A stretch of 64,000 bases of DNA, from NCBI GenBank assembly GCA_002189035.1, contig NEEC01000002.1:5394001-5458000 (forward strand), read 5' to 3'. The translations under genes and the position numbers were made by a program. The notes beneath the pieces are model-generated. The model saw only the letters and a list, made by a program, of their open reading frames with translations. It did no database searches and was not told the DNA's origin. Positions 26,410-39,375 of the stretch are shown piece by piece (the stretch's first letter is position 1; each line of letters begins with the position of its first letter). Origin of the DNA: Utricularia gibba (lineage: Eukaryota > Plantae > Magnoliophyta).

Positions 26410-26816
26410 CGCACTGCACACCGTTCAAAAAACAAAACCCCGCGTGTTAGTTTTTATGAGGAACAACCCTAGACCGGTATGTGAGGAATCCGACTCGCAG
26501 CACGTAAGTTTTCTCGTCTCTCTTCCATCTGTAATTTGCAGCGTTGTTTCCTTGCCATTTTCCATTATTCCTACAGTGATTCTTTGCCATTTTCTCTTAA
26601 ATCTCTAAATTTGGTCCTGCTTTTAGTGTCAAGTTTCGATTGAGATGTTGGGTACCTCTAGAAATCATTGTTGGAATCAGATTTCTGCTTAATCTCATCC
26701 ATTCTGCTTTTGGTTTTTCAAGCGTTTATGATTGAGCTGTTATCTATTTATTGTCTGGATGCGCGTTGCAAGAGTATAGGTTCAATTTTTTTTTATCTTT
26801 CGAATGGAAATGGATG
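26410..26816 (+). repeat. Upstream copy (A) of the RH32 proximal promoter, exon 1 and 5' intron 1
   Basis: Colinear with 29618-30022. Shared blocks include GAGGAACAACCCTAGAC, CACGTAAGTTTTCTCGTCTCT, GGGTACCTCTAGAA, TTGTTGGAATCAGATTTCTGCTTAATC and GAGTATAGGTTCAAT. Confidence 0.95.
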
Positions 26817-26925
26817 CACGTTTAATTTTTATGTTATCTTGATGGGAGTGGTTATTGGATCAATTTTGTTTTTCTTAATCCTGCTTATGAATTGTTTATT
26901 TGTACAGTCTCTTACAACTTCTGAT

Positions 26926-28194
26926 ATGGAGGAAAAAAGCGCGTTTGTATTTGAGGTTGCACGTATTGTTGCAGAGTACATGTATTCGATGAATCGCCTA
27001 TGCTTTTTGTTTTGGAAGCACCATGATAGACGTTGTAAGAGTAAACTCAAGTACTCTACGAGAGCAAAACTGCCGATGCAAGTAGAACATATTTCGCGTA
27101 CAGTAAGTGATGTTAAGAGTGTTGCACTGGAAAATCTTGGGTTGAGCAGAGATGCCTTCGGGCTTCTGTGCAAAATTCTTGTGGACTATTCGGGACTAAG
27201 ACCTAGCAAGTATGTTGGAGTGAGTGAAATGGTTGCAATGTTTCTAGGCATTTTGAGTCATGAAAAAAGAACGAGAGTGCAGAAACTTGACATTAGAAGG
27301 TCAAAGAAGATAATTTCAAGGCACTTTGAATCAGTTCTCAATGCCGTTCTTGCTCTACATGAAATTCTATTAGCGAAAGCTGTGCCTTCTACTTGTGGAG
27401 ATACTTCCTCTAGGTTCAGCTTTTTTAAAAATTGTGTGGGAGCCTTGGATGGAACATACATTGATGCTCGAGTAAAAGCATGTGATAGAGCCAGGTACAG
27501 AAATCGCAAAGGTAACCTTTCAACAAATGTACTAGGTGTCTGTGACAAAGATATGAAATTCATTTATGTTCTTGCTGGATGGGAGGGATCCGCTGAAGAC
27601 AGTAGGGTGCTTCAAAGTGCACTAACTCGAGCAGACGGCCTTCATGTACAGAGAGGTACATCTTAACATTCAGCATCTTTATATATGCGATGTCAAATTA
27701 ACAAAGGGTTGACATGTAGGTCAATATTATTTGTGTGATAATGGATATGCCAACTGTGAAGGTTTCTTGACACCCTACCATGGTATTCGTTATCAGTTGA
27801 AAGAGTGGGATGTAGATCCTCAAAAATGCTAAAGAATATTTTAACATGCGTCATGCTTTTGCTAGAAATATTATTGAGCGAGCATGGGGTATAATGAAAG
27901 GAAGATGGGGCCATCTTGTAACATGCTTCTTTTGATTCTGTGAAAACACAGAATCGAATAGTTTTAGCCTGTGGCTTGCTCCATAATTTTATTCGCAACG
28001 AGATGCCTATCGATCCTATTGAAGAAGATCTGCCAGAGGGTTATCAGAATGAGGATGCTGACCCAGACATCCTCAAAGAGGATATTTCAAGGGTGCAAAG
28101 CTCCACGACTTGGGATGCTTGGCGTGACAATTATGCTGAGGCAATGTACACAGCATGGTTGAACTCGAAGGAGGAGGTAGTAGAGTCCTCATGA
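26926..28194 (+). pseudogene. PIF/Harbinger (HARBI1/ALP1-like) DDE nuclease, probably disrupted
   Basis: GALDGTY, NVLGVCD, GWEGSAEDSRVL, intron 27656-27719 at QRG|QYYLCDNGY, NIIERAWG, ACGLLHNFIR. +1 indels at 27822-27826 and 27907-27910, and in-frame TAA at 27919-27921. Confidence 0.9.
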
Positions 28195-29617
28195 TTTGAA
28201 GACATGCAAACTACGTCTATTATGCTCTATTTTGAAGTGTGTTGGCTCTCTTAGCAGTAGATTGTCATCTACTTTTGGATCAAAACCCATCTTATTCGGA
28301 AATAGTTTTATGTAGGATTTGTAAATTATAAGTTTGCTAGGTGGGAAACAACTGCAGTATAAGGAATATGTGTTTGTTTTTTAATGTAAATTCAGCATTT
28401 GGATGGAAACACAATGTATTAAATTACATATCATTTTCTTCTTTAAAAAACTGTGTGCCATTATTACCGATATCTCTTGTTTTGTTTTCAAGCATCACTA
28501 ACGATCATTGGTTGTGCCTGAAAATTATATTTAAAAAAATTGCAAGTTTTAGACATTGCTAATTGTCGTTAGTGGTACTAGAAAATTGTATTTAAAAATT
28601 TTGTATGTTCTAATCATCGTTAACAGGTACAGCAATGTTTGGGAATTATATTTTTTAAAAAAAATACATAATTTCCAATTGATTGTTAGCAATGCCTAAA
28701 AAATATATTTTAAAAATCCATAATTAATTTTTATGGGCATTGAGGGAGCTTGGAAACTACATTTTTTTTAAAAAAAAATGCATAATTAATTTTTCAGTCA
28801 TTTTGATATGCTTGTTATGTTGCATTAATTAAAGCCCATGCTTCATGAAGATTTGAGTATTGTTTATTGCTTTTAGGGTTTGCATCCGATGAAAAAAAAA
28901 TCAGTATGAACAACAAATGATATTTTGCATGCTAAAAAATTTGATATCCATAAAAAAGGAAACATTTTGAATGTGGAAAAATAAAATAAAAAAGTGAAAA
29001 GAAAATAAAATATAATAGAAAAGAGCATGAACAAGATGGAGACATTCAGGTACAACAAGAAACCTCTAATTTCATTTTATCATCTAACCCCAAATTATGT
29101 GTTTAGTAGGGTGAATAATTCTAATTTTCTTGGGAGTGGAAATATTATTTAATTGTTTGATACTTAGGAAATACTTAATTATTTCATACACCTCTTTTTA
29201 GGTTATACTTGAATATAAAACACATCATATACATAAACTTCAGAATAACTTGATCTTTTTATTTTTTATCTTGATAATTAAATATTTCTTTTGAAATAAT
29301 TTATTATTGTTTATCTTTTTCAATTTCTTTTCGCATTCTTCTTAAAAAAATGTCATGGGTTTTTTTAGTTATTAAGTTTATTTTCGTACTATTAAATATA
29401 AATAAAGAAAAAAAGACAAATAAAAGTGATAATTTAAAAATTACAATAAATTCCTTTCCTTGGTATGTCAGATTTAATAAATTTAATAATATTAAAATTA
29501 ATTTCAGAATTAGAATATACAAAAATTAAATAAAATTAATTTCAGAAATTTATAAAACATAGCACGGCCCTAATAAGACATCTCGTGAGTCCATGGTATG
29601 CCATCCTCCCCATCAAA

Positions 29618-30022
29618 CGCACTACACCCCGTTCAAAACAAAACCCGCCTGTAATTTTTTGTGAGGAACAACCCTAGACTGGCCTCTGAGGAACGGCACT
29701 CGGAACACGTAAGTTTTCTCGTCTCTTTTCCATCTGTAATTTGGCGCTGGCCGTGGTGCCTTGATTTCCGCCTTCATTTTTCCAGCGCCGATTCTTTGCC
29801 ATTTGCTGTTTTGAGTGTCGGGTTTCGATTGAGATGCTGGGTACCTCTAGAATTTATTGTTGGAATCAGATTTCTGCTTAATCCTAATCCATTCGACTTC
29901 TGGTTAGAATATCATGCGCTAATTTTTAGGTTATGATTAGGTTGTTATTTATATATTGCCCGGATGCACGTTTAATGCGAGAGTATAGGTTCAATGTTTT
30001 ATCTTTCGGATGGAATTGGATG
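29618..30022 (+). promoter_or_regulatory. RH32 proximal promoter, non-coding exon 1 and 5' part of intron 1 (copy B)
   Basis: Strong donor CAC|GTAAGT at 29709; candidate acceptors at 30328 or 30389 just before ATG 30391; telo-box AAACCCTAA at 30358-30366. The exon assignment is inferred. Confidence 0.65.
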
Positions 30023-30390
30023 TAGAAGTTGGTTTCGATGGTTATGGACCTCGTTTACGCTTAACGGGTGACAATACTGCAATTTCTTTTTTTTTTTTTT
30101 TTTTGTAAAGTAAACTGGTTAGTGGAAAAATGGCGTCGAGAAGTTATTATCTGAATTACACACTTTGAATTCCCTTATTTTTCATCTTTTAATTGCAATG
30201 TTGTTTTGTCTTTCTGGTGGCTTGGTTCTTATATTCATATTCTTTGTAAATGCCATTTACTAAATGGGACCTTTGGGGTTGTCTTGGCTGTTTGGTCATT
30301 TCTGAGGGATTTTTTTTCCATTATATAGATTGTTCCTAAAACCAACTCCATCCAAGCAAACCCTAAGCGCTGGCCTGACCAAATTTCAGA

Positions 30391-33300
30391 ATGAAGAGGC
30401 CAATATCTAAGAAGCAGAAACTTCAGCATCGCGACTCAGAGGTCCGGGAGATTGAACTGCTGGAATCATGGATTAATTCAGGGAAGCCCAGCCCGGGCTC
30501 AAATCCCCTGTTGTTTCCCTCATTGCCAGAGAAGTCACCGGTTGGCTTGTTGCCCAGCGGATCCTTCTCACAATATGCTGGTGCCGACAGATTCCAGCAG
30601 TTACCACTGTCTATTAAGACAAAAAAAGGTTTAACCTCCGAGAAGTATGTAAAAATGACAGATATACAGAGGGCCTCCCTGCCACATGCTCTTTGCGGCC
30701 GTGATGTGCTTGGTGCTGCTAAAACCGGCTCTGGGAAGACACTTGCTTTTATTTTACCGGTTAGTTTACAATTTAGTACGCTTTGCTCATCTTTATGCAT
30801 CATATCCGATAGGTTTCTTGGAAGTGTAGTTATTGGTCTGGTCGAAGAAAAAATACTTTGCTCTTTTGAGCTGCAATGAATTAATTACTTATGAAATGAT
30901 AAATTTAGGTTCCACATGCACTTATACATCTATTGATTCTCGTGGGATTTTAGAAATGTTAACTGAAGAGGTTTTCAGGTTTTGGAGAAGCTTTATCGTG
31001 CTAGATGGGGCCCTGAGGACGGGGTTGGTTGTATCATATTGTCTCCCACTCGGGAACTTGCAAGCCAGCTTTTTGGAGTATTAAAAGGTGTTGGGAAGTA
31101 CCATGGTTTTAGTGCTGGACTTATGATAGGTGGTCGAAAAGGCGTTGACACTGAGAAAGAGCATGTGAATCATTTGAATATTTTAGTCAGTACTCCTGGA
31201 AGGCTTCTTCAGCACATGGATGAGACACCGAATTTTGACTGTTCGCAGCTTCAGGTGTGATTGTTTGCTTCTGTGTCTAGTTATTTGATGCCTAACTGTT
31301 TCATAGTGCGGCATTTTTAAGATCCACGTGGTTTCTTGCACTTCAGTAGTTTGTTTTTTAAGGATTTTCGTTCTCCAAATATCATGTATGATTCATTAAT
31401 TCTGTTGTTTTCTTAGCTTTTCTGGTAAGCTCTGACTACAAAGGATCTTCACATATACAAGTTCTTATTTACGTTCAGTTTATTATTTTAATAGTTATCC
31501 ACATAGTCATGTCTATATATTGTTTGAGAATTTTGGTTGATCTTGGATTCCATGATGAAATGGCTAGTCACTTTTTTTCATTTTGGGAAGCGAGCAGATA
31601 CTAGTTCTTGATGAGGCAGATCGTCTCCTTGATTTAGGATTCAAGGACACATTAAATGCCATCATCTCTCAACTTCCAAAGAGACGACAGACCCTTTTAT
31701 TCTCTGCCACCCAAACAAAGTCGATTGAAGATCTTGCAAGGCTGGGCTTGAAGGACCAAGAATATATCAGTGTGCACGAGGAGGCACCCACTGCCACTCC
31801 AGACCATTTGGAGCAGAAAGCTTTGATTGTTCCTCTGGATCAAAAGCTAGATATTTTGTGGAGTTTCATTAAGAAAAACCTCAGTTCAAGAATTTTGGTG
31901 TTCCTTTCAACCTGTAAACAGGTGTTTTTTTTTTTGGGTCACGGCCATATGAACTATAATTTTCCTTAAGTTTAATTTTCATGAAAAACTTTGCTTGGTG
32001 TGCCTCTTGCTGCCCCTCTTTACATTATTTCCATGCTTCTTTAGTCATTGCTATTTCATGTATCTATTGTGGTCATATGGTCCAATTGGGTCAATTCGCC
32101 TTGTGGTCATTTACTCTACTATTTTCTAGTATTCACTTTCTGCTGTACCCCCATCATTTATTTGCTTTAGTGCTTACAGGTATGCAGTAATTGACCTACG
32201 ATTTGATATCTGCACATGACAGGTAAAATATGTGTTTGAAGCTTTCAAGAAACTACATCCTGGAATTCCATTGAAATGCCTGCATGGCCGGATGAATCAA
32301 GAGAAGCGTTTGGTAATATATGAACAATTCTGTGACACTGTGTCTGTCCTATTTTCAACTGATGTTGCATCTCGAGGGCTTGATTTCAAAAGGCAGTGGA
32401 TTGGGTAGTCCAGGTTACCATCTGTTTCATTTTATCAAATGCTTAACTTCGATCCTTCTTTCTCAAGTTATGGATTCTGATTTATTCATTTTCGTTCTTG
32501 TGGTATTTCAGGTGGATTGCCCTGATGATGTTGCTTCTTATATACACAGAGTTGGGCGTACTGCTCGTTACTATTCCGGTGGAAAATCTATTTTATTCCT
32601 TGCTCCCTCAGAGGAAAAGATGCTTGAGAGGTTGCAAGAAAGGAAGATTCCTATTCGTCTTTCAAAGGTATGACTTTCAATGGATTTCTGGACGCAGCTC
32701 TTTGTGTATGCATATTAAAAATAATAATTGATCTTGCTTTACAAGTAGTCATGTTAGGGAGCTACTAAGTTGATGACGTTTTGCAGGCAAATCAAACGCG
32801 ATTGCAACCTGTCTCAAGACTGTTGGCCGATCTGCTAGTGAAGTACCCTGACCTACAAGCTCTGGCCCAGAGAGCTTTTATCACTTACTTGAAGTCAATT
32901 CACAAGCAGCGTGACAAAGACGTTTTTGATGTCACAAAACTTCCAATTGAGAAGTTTTCTGAGTCATTGGGCCTTCCTTTGATTCCCAAAATCCGGTTCC
33001 TTAAGCATAAAGTTATGGCGAAAAAAACATTGGAAGACTCACTAAAACGTAATGCTGATCAGATGCCTTTTGAATCATCGAGGGAGAATCTTGAAAATGG
33101 AATGCACGAGGAAGCCGGATTGGAAGTGGATGATGTTTTCCGGAGGAAGGATGATCAGCATGATGACTCATTCTTTCAGGAAAAAGCCTGTGACTATGCC
33201 GAGACAGAAGAAGCAAATCACCGAGGAGATAATTTGTACGTATATTTCTGTTCTCTTTTTCCAGTTACGTGTGTCATGATGCTGCAAAATTGTTTTTAAC

Positions 33301-34164
33301 TAATTTTCTAAGTATATGGTCTTTTGGGCAGGACAACCACCAGAATTGGGAAGAAGAAAAAGTTGAAGATAAACGTAAATAGGCCTGCTGGCACACGAGT
33401 TGTATTTGATGATGAGGGCAATACCTTGAACCCTCTTGCAAGGCTATCTGAAGTGAATTCTGATCCAGATACAGTGAAGCTGGATATGGAGAAGGGTAAG
33501 CTTCTGTTGATTCCTCACTTAATTTTTTCTGGTGGTTGGTCCCGAATGTGAAGTATAAATCATAAGCTCAAGATTCCATTCATTATAGGAACTAATTTTC
33601 ACAATTAAAGAAAGCGAGTTCTGAAACAAAAGTAAAAACAGATACTCTTGCAAATGAGTAATTCGAAAGTCTTTCTTTCAATAGAGATGTGGAATCACCT
33701 TCCTGTTGATTAAATTCAAGAAAAGTTTACTCTGCATGTTTTGGATTGATTTTGAGTACACAAGTAGTTTTTTTCTTCCTTAAATTTTGGTTAGTTGTCT
33801 TCCAACTTAGATACAGTTTCATGTCTGCTATGCTGTGAGGTGGTTGTGTCTCATCTCTGACTTTTGGTTTCCAGTGAGCGAAAGGTACTCTAAACTGAGG
33901 GAAGAGATGAAGCTCATTGACAAGGAGGATAAAGCATTGGACCGGCAGCGCATGAGGGAGAAGCGCATCAAACAGAAGATAAAGCTGAAGAAGAGGAGGG
34001 GTGACGATACGGCGGAGCCGGAAACCGTACGCGAATTGGCTCATGAGAAGAAGAAACCAAAGATCAACGAAGATGCCAACAACCAGATTCTTCGTCATGA
34101 TCTGATTACAGTTGCAGAGCAAGAAGAACTCGCCCTTAAGCTACTCAGTTCAATGCATTCGTAG
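30391..34164 (+). CDS. RH32: DEAD-box RNA helicase 32 (DBP4/DDX10 ortholog), 8 coding exons
   Basis: Q motif, [45 protein letters not shown] and the DUF4217-like [13 protein letters not shown] region. One -1 indel at 32388-32391. Confidence 0.95.
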
Positions 34165-34361
34165 ACTGACATTTTTGAAGCTCATGCTTTTCTTATAAAA
34201 GAAATATTTATTTATTTTTTGTAGTAATACAAAATATTTCATCAATGTTGCTTTCTTTTCGCCCTTCAAATTTCAAAAGTTTTTTTTTTTTTTTTTGTTG
34301 TATTTGTACCACAAACAAAAAGAAGGTCTTGCGCTCTTTTTTCAATGAATACACCAAAAAC

Positions 34362-35849
34362 TCAATCCTCGGGCTCGGAGGAAGCCTTGGGCTGCTTGGG
34401 TGATGCAAATTGTCTGGTGAGGCGCGATCTGGCCCAGGGATCTAAAGGGACTCTTTGAGGTGGTTGTGGGACCGCTGGCTTGGATTGCCTGAGTTCATTC
34501 TCCCTGTCAATGAACCTGCAGCGTGAGGCAATCTATGGTGAGTGAGCGCTAGGGGAATTCGGACTAATTCTACTTCAATGTATCCATACTCAATGTATGC
34601 CAAGGGGGCAGCATCACCGACTCGGAATCGGGTTCTTAGCAACCTGGTGTATCCCCCAGCTCTATCTCTGGTATCAACAAAATTATGCAGAAGCATACCG
34701 TCAACAACAGTCACACCTATATAAGAATCTTATAAATTCAGGTGTTCTGGTTTTTTACTTGTATCTATATGCCAGTTCGGTGAATAATTTGTGAAGTACA
34801 TCATCCCCACGAACAAAAGCAGCAGCTTGCCTTGCAGCACATAGGGTGCCCTGCAGGGTGGAACCAAAAATCCATTCATACCCTTTGCTATATTGCAATC
34901 TCTAGGCTTAAAACAATGCCTCATACAGAAATTGCACAGTAAAACGAATACCAACAAATGGCTACATAAATGCAGATTTCAGGTACATACCTACAGTTGA
35001 CTAGCTCAAACCTCAGGTCATGGATGAAGTTTAGAAATATGGCAATCACAGATTACACATACCTAAAAAAGATGGGGACAGGAATCTAGTGAACGTACAT
35101 ACCTCTTTACCAAGTTGCACCATATTATCTGCAAGTCTACGAACTTCCTTGGCCTTAAAAATCACCAGAGAACAATAGAACAAACCAAACTTCAGCACAT
35201 CAGAAAGACAGGAGGAAGTTAGATGTCCTACAAGAATGTGAACTTTAATTTTCACCGGAAGTAAATGGACCATCACAAGGACTATTCCTAGTCATGTAAT
35301 GCTAAAGATGAAATATAACAAAATAAGAACCACTCAGTCTTTGAAGTTGCTACTTCCATGCACTGGCTCATGAAACACAGTACAAGAGTAGTATCATAGA
35401 CAACGTGCAAAGAACAATATGCATATGGAAAAGCAGCAAATCCACTATGAATTTACTCAAGCCCATGCACATCGCCACATATCAGGAAGTTGTGATACAC
35501 AACACGCTTTCAAATAACGTGGAACAGACATAACCCATTCAGAAAACAGCGAATTCGTAGCACAGATAATCGACCAAAGTAAACACAGGAACGCTATGAT
35601 CAAGAAAAAACCCCTAAAACCCTAGACAAATGTGAAAAAATTGATGGCGACGAACTCACCTTGGCAACGGTGGTTTCGACACGCTCGTGTTTCACCAATT
35701 GAGAAACCAGGGTCCTGTACATACAGTAGTCGGATATCTATGAACATATTCTGAACAAGGAAAACTATTTCTTGGATAACAAAATTCCGTTACCTAAGCA
35801 TGGAAATTCTGTGGGCAGTATGCCGATTCAGCTTCCTGAACTTCGTCAT
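34362..35849 (-). CDS. RPL17: Ribosomal protein bL17 (probably mitochondrial type), 6 exons
   Basis: MTKFRKLNRHTAHRISMLR|TLVSQLVKHERVETTVAK|AKEVRRLADNMVQLGKE|...|DRAGGYTRLLRTRFRVGDAAPLAYIE|FIDRENELRQSKP...*. Confidence 0.95.
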
Positions 35850-36100
35850 CTAGCGAGCTCGAGGAGACGAGCGATCCGGCAGCGGCGGAGTTTGCAGTTG
35901 AAAAGGTTAAAAGATCCTTTCACTTGTGTGTGTTCACTGGAGTGGAGGAAAAAAAGAGCCAAATGAGCCATTTCGGCCCATAAAAAGCCCAGCGGAGGAG
36001 GCCCATGAAGCGTGAAAAAAGGGCGTTGCAGTTTCCAGTTCCAGGTAAGGACAACTATTTTGGTCGCTTGACACAGTCGTCGAGTACAGAATTCGAATCC
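35850..36100. promoter_or_regulatory. 251-bp bidirectional promoter between RPL17 and OTC
   Basis: Head-to-head ATGs at 35849 (-) and 36101 (+); site II motifs GGCCCA/AGCCCA at 35975, 35986 and 36000. Confidence 0.75.
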
Positions 36101-37910
<1,810 letters not shown>

Positions 37911-38180
37911 TCCTTCTGTAGATATCATCATCCTTTGGGCTGCGGGATGGGGCGTGGTCTATTTCTCCGGTGACCATGATGCCCTTTCCTCCAGGAACTG
38001 AAAGAGTTTCCCGATGGTCAGTCAAATATTGAAGTTGTGTTTCTGAAACCTGCACAATCAGGGGGGCTGTTGAGGCAATAAAACATTTTGCTCCTAATCA
38101 TTGAGGAAGGCATGCCATTGTGTTTGTCTGCCCAGAGCGGGGTTGGCGGCTCATTTATTTGGAGGTGTGGTGAGGGGAGA

Positions 38181-38205
38181 GGTAACTGGTAACTGGTAAC
38201 TGGTA
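38181..38205. repeat. (GGTAACT)3.5 short tandem repeat
   Basis: Direct reading. Confidence 0.9.
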
Positions 38206-39375
38206 TGACGTGGAGGTGGACTGGGACTGGACAGTACGAGCGTTAGGTGGGTGGGCGAGGACAAGTCATTATGAGGCATGACCGCTGCGGGTGGGCTTCT
38301 TTAACTGCCGCTGCACTTTCAACGTCGCGCCTCCCCCTCCCTGTCTGGGAATCAATCGCAAAACTCCTCTTCATTTTTTAGTCATGCCACTAAATCCCGT
38401 TGTTTACAAAACTACCCCTACACAAAACCTATTTTACAAAAGTGCCCATCGTTTTTTTAATTTCTAGATATTTATTTAGTATTTTATTCAATTAATTTTT
38501 GTAAATTAAAATATTTTTTTTAAAAAAAAAGGAGAAGGGCGATATGTTAGGAAGGAAGTTACCTGTTTTACTCTTTACTGCACTGCAGCTCGTCCCTGTG
38601 ACTTCACTTTTGTGATTCCCGCCCCCACCACGTTGCTAATTGCATCTGCTTTCGGTCAGTTTAATTACCGCTGCAGTGCTGCTGCTGCAGCTCTGGTCCT
38701 GCTCCCCACCTACGCCTCAGACCCGGGAATCTCTCTCTGCCTTCGTGTTCTCGTTTTGTTTTGCTTCCTTGCTGAAACCCACGAAATAACTTCCTTCCGG
38801 TGACGTGCTTGCTTCACTTGTTATACATTGTTTGCAGTGGGCTGTATTTTACTGCTGAAGTTACTCAGTGGGTTTGCTTTACTGGGGGGTGATTTTTCTG
38901 GGATTTGGTTTTGCAGAGGTTACTTGCTAGTCACCTTATATGGATTTCCTTTTATTCCACTCTTGATGGATTGCAGTTGCCTTTTCTTTTGATAGCGGGT
39001 AGCCGTGAATTTAGTCATTTTCATGAGATATGTTGGCAGATTTGTCGAATTATTTAATCAGATTTGGTATGTCTTGATTCCTGAGATGTAATGAGCGGCC
39101 TGCCCTTTTCTTTATTACACAAACGAACAGATAGAGACTCTCCTATCAGCTCCGTTGTCACTGCCCCAAGTCTGTAAAGCGGCATTCTCGTAAGGTTAGT
39201 AGTGTGCATTTCTGAATACTTGTGTAAGATTGAAATGTATCATGTATTTCTTGTTTTTCTCCATGATTGGATTGGCTGTTTTGATTGCACTCTCAGGGTG
39301 TCCATTTTTATCTGTTAGTTTGCTGTTCAATCCCTCTAGGAAGTGAAGCACAAACTTTAAGGTCTCAACTTCGAT

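Noticed and set aside
29094-29625. Tourist/PIF-like TIRs that might bound the Harbinger insertion or the duplication
   Set aside because: The inverted match is weak and no TAA/TTA TSD pair could be placed.
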